DNA from: Pocillopora damicornis
Taxonomy: Eukaryota
Direction of reading: 5' to 3'
Length of the DNA stretch: 64,000 nucleotides
Assembly: GCF_003704095.1 (NCBI RefSeq)
Contig: NW_020844683.1
Span: 62,001 to 126,000, forward strand
Shown: positions 1-10,764 of the stretch, piece by piece
Layout: each line of letters opens with the position of its first letter
Position numbering within the stretch: the first letter of the stretch is position 1
Notes under the pieces: generated by a model
Database searches by the model: none
What the model was told of the DNA's origin: nothing
Seen by the model: the letters and a program-made list of their open reading frames with translations, nothing else
Translations under genes and position numbers: made by a program

Positions 1-85
1 GACAAATTATTGAAGCTCTTTCATGGTACAATCGTTTTTCATCAGCCAAGCCGAGGATGTAGTTTGGATGAATATCTGACTCATC

Positions 86-3000
86 AGTAGCCCCAGCAGG
101 TGCAATCTGCCTCAAGTGTTGGAACACGTCAAACCTATTTGACTCTTTTGCCATCCGAGCCAAGCAAGAGATCACTATCTTAGTTTTACGGTCTGCCTCA
201 TTCAGAGAAGCTTTATCTATTTGCAGACTTGCTTTGAGTCGTAGTAAACCTCTTTGGCACCACGCGAAGCTGACATGAGTGATTATTGAACTTCAGCAGG
301 AAGGGATATTTTCTCAGAATCTAAAATGAAAACGTTGCATCACAGTCAAATTCTTTTTATTCTTTCGTGAAACTTTTCTTCCTGGAACGGAGAATTTACA
401 TTGCAATTAACCCTAAACCCTGACTTACATGGAAAAATAAGGATCGAAACACTGGTCAATAGGTTCATTTGGTGACTAGAAAAGATTTCATTTTTTCCTC
501 TCCGCTGCTTTTCATTTCCTATCTTCGTCCTTACAGGTTGCCTCACTCTGCACACCGTCGAATTAACTGCGGACAACCTCAAGCCAGGCATCTCCATCGG
601 CTATTTTGTAGCAAGGTGAAAATTCCATATTAAGAGTAAACAAGAAAGATAAAGGAATTTTCTCTTAAAGATTGTGATGTTTGCTGATTACTTTAACTGT
701 CATTATTTCTCTTTTCCTTAAAAGGTATTTCTCATTGGTATGTATATCTGAGGAAGTCAAAGAATGTTAAATTTGCAACTTCCATGCTTTGCCTCTGTGA
801 AATGAGATCGAATGTGTTGAGACGACAGTTTTCTTAAGGTCCAATTTAGCTGCTTCATTTGCGCATAAAAGGTATACATGAAATACCGCTTTAACAATTT
901 AGACAAAAATAACCTCAAGTCACCTTTCATAGCAACCAACTCTCTCCCATTCATGTTCAGCTTTCAGCTGTGGGACATGAGCAGAAATAATCATTTTTCG
1001 GCACATGAAATATTGTTAATTATCCTGGTAATGCCGCCTACAGAGAGCGTGCGAGATTCAATCACTTTCAGCCCTTAAAAGATAGGCCCAGCAGTAACCT
1101 GGTGAAGTTTCCACCCTTAAATTACCACCTCGTTACCACGAAAAACAAACTTTTATTCGTGTTAGTAAAGTGAATCGTAGGTCAAAGCGTGATACAAATT
1201 GTGCCGCCTTAAAAATATGAAGAAATTAAATTCAAAGTTCATGTACAGCACAAAAGCTGAGAAAAAGGTAATGTTACGATGAAAAAAGATCGTTACCTGG
1301 CTTTCATTTGGTGACAACCATGGCGAAAATGTCTCGACCTGAACTTTTTTGTTTAGTGCAGTGGGACACCTCCTGCAACGAACGGTTCTCTTTGCACTGC
1401 ATATTTCAGACTCAGTCCAGTAATGGAGACAATCCTCCTGCTTGCAATCTCCTGTGCGATGTGGGCGAAAGTACTTGAGTGAGCCTCCTGTACAACTGAC
1501 CGGACACATGAAACTCACATCAAATCTCAAGTTCTTCATCCAAGAGAACTCCTTTCGCATTGACTCAAGTACTGATCCCAAATGTCTTCACACTGTATGA
1601 GCAAACGTCTCGTCGAAGGTTTCATTGCTGACATTCATACACAACGTCACCTGTGATGGCTGGAAGCATTTCAATTCATCAGCGAGATAAAGAAATTGTG
1701 CTCATAAGAAAAGGCTGCTGCAGCATTTTCATCTTGGTGTTTTTCTCCTGCTTTCCATACCTCATAAACAATTTAAAAATGGGAAGGATCAGCATCTATC
1801 CCAACAGTGCTGTCCTCAAGTGGATTGAACTTTTGGCTCGTAAGTGATGTTTTTAAGCTGGTCTTTCCAGAGCGGTCTTGTCGAATCAACATGATCGGAA
1901 CCCTTTTGTTTTGAGTCTTCCCTCCAGCAAGAGCCTTGTTCAAGGCCCTTATAGCCATACGTCCCCTTGCAAGAATCTCTGGAGGAGCGACCTCTGTAAC
2001 AGTTGCCAAAAAATTGCGAAAAAGTTACGTTTCATAGAGCTAACAACAAGGAAAATGTAAGACACTACCTAATTAACAGAGAGTTCAAAAGTATCTTAAC
2101 ACTATCGAAACACATTTACATTTTAGAAGTGAGCAAATCTAATTTCACGATGATGATTCGAGCCGATAACCTTAAATTCAAACACACTGCTAACATAAGC
2201 AACTCAGAAACAAAATTTTAAAGTATTGTTAATTTTGTGAGTGGAAACATCGCCTGAAGAGCACTAGTAGTATGTAGTCGAAACGTTGCAATCCACATCC
2301 CAATTGACCGCATCGTGAGAAAAACGATGATATTTCTTTTTTGAAAGAGTTCTTTACCTCGATGACAAACCACCACCTATTTTACGATACGGTGAAAAGG
2401 AAGTTAGAAAATTAGGCTTTGCAGTCAAGATTGCCTGCGATACTGTCTATTTTGAAGGAAGTATATTTAGGCGTCTGCGTATTTGCTATAGTTCACAGTT
2501 TGCTGAGAGGAGGATATCTTCCGTAAGGAAGCAGAGTTTTCCACGAACCTACCGCTTTTTCCATTTTTTATAGCAATACAAACCCGTTATTTCAACCACC
2601 GTCTGCACATGGAAACATTTTTTGTACCAGAACCAAAAACATCCAACATTTGCCGTCCAAGCTGAATACACGTTTACCTGGCTTGTCCTGGGCTGGCGTA
2701 TGCTTCAAATTTTCGATAATTGGTTCTAGAATCTTGACCGTGTCGTGTTTTGTTGATCTAATGTCCCTTTTTTGTTTCAAAGCGTTCACATCTGAGTAAA
2801 TGCTCTCCGGCGGCTTTTGTAGGGAATTTATCTGAGTTTGATTTTCCCCTTTGATACGTTGTTCTAGTCTACGAACTTCATTTGTGGGAAATTCTGACCC
2901 TGTTAAATCACCAACGATATAAAGAGGGTTGACACTAAGAGCTCTAAATGCTTCTGTAGCGTGCTGCACCTACTGATCAAAAGTGACTTTCACAATTTCA

Positions 3001-3343
3001 GGAGACAGCGAGTGAATAAGCGAATTTCTTAAAAGACGCAATTGATCAATAGCTAATGCCAACGTTTCAGCAGTATTTGCGCTCGGGCCTGGAACAGGGT
3101 GGCACAATCCCATTTTTCTTAGGAGAGGTGTGTGGGAACTTTGATTTTTCCACCCTCTAAAGTGAGAAAGAAATTTCTCACTGCAGTGGAGTCATCCCAC
3201 AGATGATGACTGTGAAGATGTGTTAAGTTGTTTTCCCACATAGTCTTGAATGTCTGATGTAAGGCTTTTGGGAACCTCTCCAAAACAATGGTCGAAAATT
3301 TAAAATAATTCAACTCCTCCTCCCGAAATTGTTGTTGCGTCAT
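86..3343 (-). pseudogene. Decayed HEPN (DZIP3-like)-Roc/COR (Roco-like) protein pseudogene
   Basis: ATG 3343 (MTQQQFREEELNYFKF...WDDSTAV...VPTHLS*EKWDCATLFQA). After a frameshift it reads AETLALAIDQLRLLRNSLIH (HEPN-type Rx4H, 3012-3029). Roc-like N-terminus at 1773-1995: PPEILARG...[17 protein letters not shown]...[12 protein letters not shown], with the first P-loop G replaced by R. It jumps almost at once to a COR-tail-like segment at 1295-1620 (LGSVLESMRKEFSWMKNLRFDVSFMCPVSC). Further exon remnants at ~534-599 and ~86-319 (...NRFDVFQHLRQIAPAGAT), the latter ending in an apparently mutated donor (G|ATGAGT). In-frame stops at 3119, 2970 and 1773, plus frameshifts and a large internal deletion. 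Confidence 0.8.
2249..2292 (+). ncRNA. Degenerate minimal type I hammerhead ribozyme motif (Penelope-like element remnant)
   Basis: atcgc-CTGAAGA-gcacta...tagtc-GAAAC-GTT-gcaat. Core CUGANGA and GAAA are present, with ACGU palindromic helix III and imperfect helices I and II. Confidence 0.45.
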
Positions 3344-4388
3344 TTGTTTTAACAGCTGTCTAAAAGGTAGTAAACCAGGCTTATTAAATCTTGGCAATCT
3401 GTGGAATACTAATAAAGTTGGAAATTTGAAAATCACATATAACACATTACTACTTAACGGTAAATCAACTCCAAGTTTGTTCTTTTTGAGATCGTCCGTG
3501 CTTTTCAAGATTTCATTACTTTTCTCTGTGTACGTGAAGAATCGATATTTATCCAGTCATTTCAGCTATTGAAAGAAAATAAATGAAAGGAAAACAGAAA
3601 GATAATCAGTGTGCTAGTCTGGAGTGGGCTCCTTTGTCAGGAATAGGACAATAACTTGTATATGGTACCAAAGAAAGAGGCACCCCATTCCTCATCTAGA
3701 GGTCTAGGCCAAGATTTAATAGAAAGAATAAAAAATATAATGTTCAGTTCTAGGAACAAGTTTCTTTGTGTGTAATTGGGGGAATAACAGAGAAATGGGA
3801 CCAAAAATGGGAACCCCACTTCCCATTAAAAACATGGTCCATTGTTACGTGTACAATCATTGACAATAAAATTTTGAAATCAACCCACACCATTTGGACT
3901 TTTAGTTTTCTGCCAACCATTCAGTGCATACTGTTAAGTGGATGATGATAAACATGAACCCTGGAGAGTCCAGATGATCCTCCAGAGTGTTCCCATCTCA
4001 AAGAATGCAGGATGCAGGGAAACAGCAAGTAACCAGTATATTGATATCCAGAGGTTTAAATCCCTGACATCAGCTACTTCTAATGATGAGTAGATTCCAC
4101 ATCTTCCCTAGTCAGATTTGAAGTCTTTGCTTTAGAAATTCATGACATCAAGAAAATTAACTTAATAGAACTTAAAGGATTAAAAAAGACCACAGAAATT
4201 AAAAGCTGATATAAAGTAAAGATTCCAAATATGACCAGACTATGCTTTCAGTAACATATCTCGAAGAATAACCACTGTAAGTGGGAGCATTTGGGGTTGA
4301 TTAGGTTGATGAAAGAGTAAAAAGCAAAAACAAAATAAATTTACTTGCATGGAGATTTTTGATCCCTGTAATCATTATCATTTTACAT

Positions 4389-5666
4389 TTAGGGTATCTT
4401 AGTTATTTTATAACTCCTGATCTTTCTTGGGGGACTGGGCACTACCACAGGTATTCTCCCACCAAAGAAATTGTTGCTTATCTTTGATACTTGAGAAATG
4501 TCTGCTACTTGCATACTGAGCAGATTGTTTATACACTGTTTTAATGCCACTGCTTTACTTTGAAGTAATGGTCCACTTTTTAAGCTACTAGCATCATTAA
4601 GAAACAAAAGGGGGCAGTTTCCAGTAGTAAGACCATCCAGTAGAAGATGAAGAAGATCCAAGAGCATTTCACCACAGTCTTTTTCACAGCATAAGAAATT
4701 GGACATGAAGTAACACATGAGTAAATGCTTCAGAGAAAAAGTGTCACAGATGCTTATACTAGCAGAAATAGATGTGTGTTCACAAGCTTCGACAAAATGA
4801 GTTTCATTAATCAGTTTTGCCACACGATAAACCACAGCAGCTTTTTCATTTTCACTGAAAATATATTTCAGCATAGTTATCTCTGCTCTGGACCAAGAAA
4901 TTCGCCAAATAGTTCCAACCTTCGTAACTGCATGAAAGCCTGAGCTCTTAATTTTATTTTTGATCAAGAGGGCTGGATGACCTTCATCAATTAAACTGTC
5001 AAACATTCCAGACAGCAAAGGCCATCCTTTGCATTCTACAGCCACACATAAATCTACAGACACCTTAAGATGATCTTTCCACAAAAGATCTACTTTTTCT
5101 GAGGCTGCAATTTGCATGGCTCCTCTTAATTTCAACCGATCAAAGGTAAGACCAGTGGAAGAAAGCAACTTTATATTTGAAGGCCAGGTTATCGATTTAA
5201 ATGCCTCTCTTAACAAGGAAAAAAACCTCTGCTTCAGCATGCTACCGTCCAAACAAAGAAAGGTGTGGCCATCAGCAGTGGGAGCGGTGTCGAAAGGATC
5301 AACAACATTGTGTACCTCCTCGCAAAGTTCTGACCATGAATTACGTATTTCATCCTCGTCAAGAGTTGGAATACGCAAGAAGATGTAACGCTGTTTTCTA
5401 TCCTTATAAACTACATCACATTTTCCCGCAAGTTTGGAAAGGCACACCATAAAATCGAACTCATCGGCTTGCTTGATTTTTGTACCCTCGTAAAAACTAC
5501 CTGACGGCTCAAGTTTGCTTTCGAATCTTGGATCATTAGAGGCCACATTTAAAAGCAGCAAGGAAACTGTTTCCTCTATGGCCTTTTGGATATCTTGAAT
5601 CTCTCTGTTATCGGGTAGTTTGGCGTAATTTTTGTCCAAATAACCAATACACTCATTTAAACTCAT
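4389..5666 (-). CDS. cGAS-like receptor (cGLR) / Mab-21 family nucleotidyltransferase, single coding exon, 425 aa
   Basis: Uninterrupted ORF with the NTase signature SGSFYEGTKIKQADEFDFMV (GS motif + E-x-D), a third acidic residue in VSVDLCVAV, GWP, and the Mab-21-type WRISWSRAE motif. Confidence 0.92.
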   Translation of the reverse strand: MSLNECIGYLDKNYAKLPDNREIQDIQKAIEETVSLLLLNVASNDPRFESKLEPSGSFYEGTKIKQADEFDFMVCLSKLAGKCDVVYKDRKQRYIFLRIPTLDEDEIRNSWSELCEEVHNVVDPFDTAPTADGHTFLCLDGSMLKQRFFSLLREAFKSITWPSNIKLLSSTGLTFDRLKLRGAMQIAASEKVDLLWKDHLKVSVDLCVAVECKGWPLLSGMFDSLIDEGHPALLIKNKIKSSGFHAVTKVGTIWRISWSRAEITMLKYIFSENEKAAVVYRVAKLINETHFVEACEHTSISASISICDTFSLKHLLMCYFMSNFLCCEKDCGEMLLDLLHLLLDGLTTGNCPLLFLNDASSLKSGPLLQSKAVALKQCINNLLSMQVADISQVSKISNNFFGGRIPVVVPSPPRKIRSYKITKIP

Positions 5667-5825
5667 TCTCCGTTGCCAGTAAACAATTTCTTTCAGGTGG
5701 TTGCCTACTTGGTGCCAGTCTTTCCCGTTTATTTACTAATCGCAGAGTCTGACGGGACGGCTTGGTTCCATCACACGTTGTCTACCATATTGTCGTTCTT
5801 CATCTAAAGTATATGTTCTCGAGAT
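5667..5825. promoter_or_regulatory. Putative bidirectional promoter/5' UTRs shared by the cGLR (-) and the RBM4-like gene (+)
   Basis: Only 159 bp separate the divergent ATGs (5666 and 5826). The region is locally richer in CpG. Confidence 0.6.
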
Positions 5826-8800
5826 ATGGCCAGTGAAGAAAGCACAAATAATGATGCTGCGGAGGTCAGTAATGAACAGAAAGATGAGAAGACAGAAGAT
5901 AACGAAGCTACGACGTCGGAACCCAAAGAAGATAGCAATGACACCCAAACCACCGGAAAAGATAGTAACGAAGACGAGAAAGAAGTGAAGTTGTATGTTG
6001 GAAATCTTCCAGACCGCTGCAGACGAGCGTCTCTGCAGGAATTGTTTGAAAAATACGGAAAGGTTTCACAATGCGATATAGTAAAGAATTTTGCATTTGT
6101 GGTGAGTTTGAAGTTAAGGATCAATAAATATTTGCACGTGACATTTGACTATATCTGTATTAGTGGTATAAACAATGGAAAGTTGGCCACACTAATGTTG
6201 GTGGTGTAAAATTGTATAATTCCGAGTCCTTTGTTTTCACTTTAAATCAGTTGATATTTAAGGATAGGTAACTGTTAACTTTTGTGTCGCCCTTATTCCA
6301 AAATTCATATACAGATTTAAGTGATAGTGTAGTCTGATCATCCAGGTGAGAGTAGTCCTGAGAAGTGACTGACGTTTCAACAACCTGAGCAGAAGTCATC
6401 ATTAGATTCAAGTGCATAGTTGTTGTTAGTCGAATGTTCTAAGTCTGGTTCATTTTTTTAAAGACTGACACCATGGACTGTTCACTACCTATTTGATTGC
6501 CAATTTCGTTTTTTTATTTATTTTCAGCACATGGTGGGTGAAAAAGGTGCAGAAGAGGCTGTTAATAAATTAGATGATTCAGAATTTTCAGGAACTCACA
6601 TACAAGTACAAGTAAGACATTAGAGCAATCTTTATTTATATAAATGACCTTCAACCACTGGGAGTGGTGTCATTGAGATTGAAAAGAAAATTAAATGTAT
6701 TTGGTTAAAAAAATGGGGACTGATTTTTTTGGTAGACCAAGAAAAACTGTAACAAGGTTCTTATCAATAGAAAAGGCATCTTCTTCATGAGTTACATGTT
6801 AAATACAATTTGACCTTTTCCATGGAAAAAAATTGATCATTTTCTCATGGGTTCAATGCACTTATTGTTTAGCATGAGCTTTCAGGGAAGTAAACAATTG
6901 AGAAGGTATTGCTAAATTTCACCTTACTCTAAGGCCTACTCTGCACACCAGACCAAATAGATTGTTTGCCAAAACTACATCCTTGGGAACCACACTGCAA
7001 ATGAAATAACTTGAAAATGCAACTGTTGCATTTTACTTTTATTACATTTTCATAAACCTTTTTGTTCACAACTTTTCGAACCATCTTGGTTTTACTAGCC
7101 AACATGATAGCTCTTCTCTTAAATTAAAATTCTCATGAGTTAATTTTATATGAGTGTCATGTAAGTTGCTTGATTGTACATGTTTTCAAATTATTGGTCA
7201 TGTGAGCACTGTTTATTTGTAGTATGCAAAAAGTAAAGGGAAGCCATCTGAGGATGAGTGCTTTCAGTGTGGTAAACATGGACATTGGTAAGTGTGGATG
7301 CTCCTGTGACAACATATAACTTAAACCCTCCTCAGTAAGATTGTTACAAGAAATGAAATGGTGGACAATGCAAGAACTTTTGAATGTGAACAAATTCTCC
7401 TTTTCGACTCCAAAAGAAATGTAAAGAGAAGGGTATGGAAAATATTATTGATGTTGTGGTGTAAAGGATTAACTCTCATGGCTGACCTAGACAGGATTTT
7501 CCTTACAATATGAATACATTATCAAGATAAGAGTAAACTCAAGAAAAATCTAAACAAGGGGACTATTACAAGTTGATCCAATACCAAATTCTCAGAACTA
7601 ACTTCAGTACAGTACAGTACAGCAGACAGTAAGGAGATTTACTTAGTTGCTCACACATTATTTTGGACTTTCTGGGGTTGAATATCAATTGGGACATCGT
7701 CCTGTTTTCTTCTCCAGTTGCCAATACTATTCTGTACATGTAACAAATTTCAGTAAAGTAAAGTATTTGTATAGTTGGTTATAAGATTTATTGACTGATG
7801 TTTTCTTCTTAATTTTAAATCCACAGGGCAAGGGATTGTCCAAAGAGGCGAAGGTACATATCCAAGTTATAATTCATAGAGATACAAAAATTTTTGTGTG
7901 CGAGTAATTTTTACCATCAGCCTAAGCACAACATTTCTTTATCAAGTTACAAGAAAAATAAACTTTACAGCTAAACCAAAACATAGTGTCATGACTACAA
8001 GTACCTTTTTCTGATTTTCATTTTAATACCAGTGAAACATCTATTCCTTGGGAACAAACAATGTGGCATCTCACATGCATAATATTCAGACTTTTTGACA
8101 AGTCAAGCTCTCTCAGATTTTGAATAGATTTAAAATTGAACTACACTCATAATATGTCTAATTCTGTTTGCCGGTGATACTATGTTGGTTTTATAATTTG
8201 TTTTTGTTTTCTGCTAGTACGTACAGGTATGATGATCGCCGAGACAGATACGACTATCGTGGATATGATTATGGACCTCCCAGAAGAGGACCATATGACC
8301 GGCCCCCACCAAGAGGGTATTATGACCCCTATATGGATCGACGCCCTCCCCCTAGCAGAGATTATTATAGTGGTTATGGTAATTATTACAGAGGTCGCAG
8401 CCCTCCAAGGTCACCTCCAAGGTATTGATCAACCAAAATATTTGTACCCTTAGCCTTTTATTTAGACTGCAACACACAAGCCTTGAGAATGTTCATCTCA
8501 TGCAGTGCAACAATTGTTTCCAGGGTGGTTTACACAACAGGGACCAATCGGATTAAAGGAAAGTGCACTGAATTCCACCTCAGCTGTTGTGTCCTTAGTT
8601 TGCCATTACTCTTTAGTTAGAATTTTTGGAATGATTGCTTATTTGTTGAAAATGTGGTGGACTCAAGGTCAAGTGGTCTAGGTTGGAGACCTGGCTAGGG
8701 GACTTTGTTGTGTTTTTGGGCAAAACTCTTTACTCCCATAATGCCACTCCCCACCTAGGGTGGATTGTTCAAAGCTGGGTAAAGATATCCAAAGGTTATT

Positions 8801-10268
8801 ATGAAATTTTATTTCAGATCTGAAAGCTTTATAAGAAAATTCATTTCACTTCTTTTTGCTTACAATTTGATGATTGGATATTCTAAAAAGAGTAGAGAAA
8901 ATTATTATAAAAAGACTCTTGAATAGAAGAAGAAAGCAACCTTGATTAAAATTTAACTGTGAGTTAACACTAATTGGCCTGCAAACAACTGGGCCCAGGA
9001 GTTTAAATGGGTACTGATTACCAAGGTACCAATTGTCAGGGAAGCCTGGTGAAATGCTGGGAGATTGCTCATCCACGAGGGGGAAGTAACACTCTTAGTC
9101 ACTTCATACTATGGAAACTGGGATAGGCTGCAGCTAAATGGGCCACATGGCTCAACTACAGACTACCAATGCATTGCATATTTCCTGTAGTGCTGATTAA
9201 TTGAGTGATTTTGTTAAATGACCTAATTTCAATTAGTCATCATTGAAGCTTTGAAAAAGCTATGGTGTAACAAGAAAGCTTTTCATTCAAACAAGTTTGT
9301 GACTGTCAGACCTTATTTTTTCACAGATATACTGGAGCTTATGAAGGTTACCCAACACCTCGCGATGGGTATGGAACTCGCAGGTACTCTTGCTTTCTTT
9401 ATTTAACTTGTCTATGTTGATTCTCTTGTGGCAAGTTCTTCCTAAGAATAAATGAAAAGGGAAATGTACAGAAAAATCTAACTTAAAATGCACATGTATT
9501 GGTTTTTTGTTGAAAATATTTTGGCTGAATCACACAATCTTTTGTTTGTCTTTTGGAGTGTAAATGGTTACACAGCGTTGAATTATGTAACCACTCCTTC
9601 AAAGGGCCCTCCAATGGGAGGGTCAAAATATTTCCAGGAAATTCAATATATTCCAGTCAGCTTCTTGTACAGAATATGTTTTTACAGTGTGGAATGAAAA
9701 TTTTGCTTCTAAAAAAAGGTAGCTCTGACTTTGTTTGAAACAACATGTGCAATAGCTGACTGGGAACCTGCTAGTGATATAAAAAATTGCATCAAAACAA
9801 AAAAAAAACTGCGAGTCTATCTGTCTGTTGGTTGCAGTCGTCGTTAGTTAAGGTGTCTTATCCTACTAGTATGACAAATTGGAAGTGAAAATTTGAGGCA
9901 TCTTTACTTCCATTTGAATTATATCATGTTTTCGTCAAATCTGATCTGTTCACGATCTGTTCGTGATCCCGAAAACATTTGTTCAAATTTCATTGAGGTT
10001 TTTGTCTGTACATGCGAAGGTTCATCTAATTTCTTGATATTTGACTTGGTGTGGGAGAATTTGCCACAAAGAAGTGTTGAAATTTTGTGTCCCTTACTTT
10101 GTTAGGAGTCATGAAAAAAAGTTAAATCTGTCACCGAAGTTCGACCAATTAAATGGGGGAATCTTTTCTTTCTCACATATCTACAAAGCTACCATGGCTA
10201 TGAGTTAAGCAGATTCTGTGCTCCGTTTGCAGTTTTTCCATAGGTTTCTTTTCTTTCTCAGGTATTAA
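5826..10268 (+). CDS. RBM4/Lark-like RNA-binding protein (acidic N-terminus, one RRM, CCHC zinc knuckle, R/Y/D/P-rich tail), ~239 aa
   Basis: Exons 5826-6101, 6528-6611, 7223-7287, 7827-7853, 8218(or 8227)-8421, 9327-9383, 10262-10268; all GT-AG, 720 nt in frame. RRM KLYVGNL...CDIVKNFAFVHM...AVNKLDDSEFSGTHIQVQ, knuckle CFQCGKHGHWARDC, tail RDRYDYRGYD...RSPPRSPPRY. The last two exons are less certain. Confidence 0.85.
6328..6450 (-). mobile_element. Penelope-like terminal-repeat fragment with mutated hammerhead core, in intron 1 of the RBM4-like gene
   Basis: Similar to 46622-46760 (gatcatccaggtgag...gactgacgtttcaacaacctgagcagaagtcatc). The core reads CTAATGA instead of CTGATGA. Confidence 0.65.
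8651..9164 (+). mobile_element. tRNA-derived SINE copy interrupted by a MITE; related copies at ~34207-34522, ~38383-38620, ~62290-62400
   Basis: Shared motifs across the copies: ttgggcaa.acact.tactc...ctcc.ccacc.agg...aaatgggtac...catcca.ggggg...gtcacttcat...gaaactgggat. Confidence 0.65.
8759..8995. mobile_element. PIF/Harbinger-like MITE nested in the SINE
   Basis: Imperfect TIRs (GGTGGATTGTTCAAAGC / GCAAACAACTGGGCC) flanked by TAG (8756-8758) and CAG (8996-8998), consistent with a 3-bp TSD. Removing it restores the SINE motif ccacc-cag-gagtttaaatgggtac. Confidence 0.6.
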
Positions 10269-10764
10269 GTGTCTGGAATTCCTGGGCGGTTGACGGAGCA
10301 ATAATCTTTCGTTGTGCGGTCGGTTTTGAAGAACCTGTATGTCTTGGAAAACATCTCTGAGAGGATCGTGCAGATTGACTGTTACTCTTTTTTTACGTTC
10401 CCTTATAATGCAATTTTTTTAGAATAATTTTTTAAAGACACTGTCAATTACCCGCCAAAAAGTGTTTAATTGTAACTGGTTCGAGATTGGTTTTTCTTGA
10501 GTTTCTGCCGTGTTTTAATGTCTTATGTAAATCCTATTTGCGTTTAATTCAATCTTTGTTAGTAACATTTACTATATCTTAGTAAGGGACAATATTTACG
10601 GATGCAAATTGTAGAACAATTTTCAAACCTGTCTGAAACAAATATTAAACTTCACTGGCAAGAGTGTTCTTTTGTCTAAAGTCTATAAGAAAATAGATGG
10701 AGAACTTTTAGATGATCCTTGCCGGTTTCCTTCTCTCCTCTACGTTGTCCAGTACTTACAGGAT

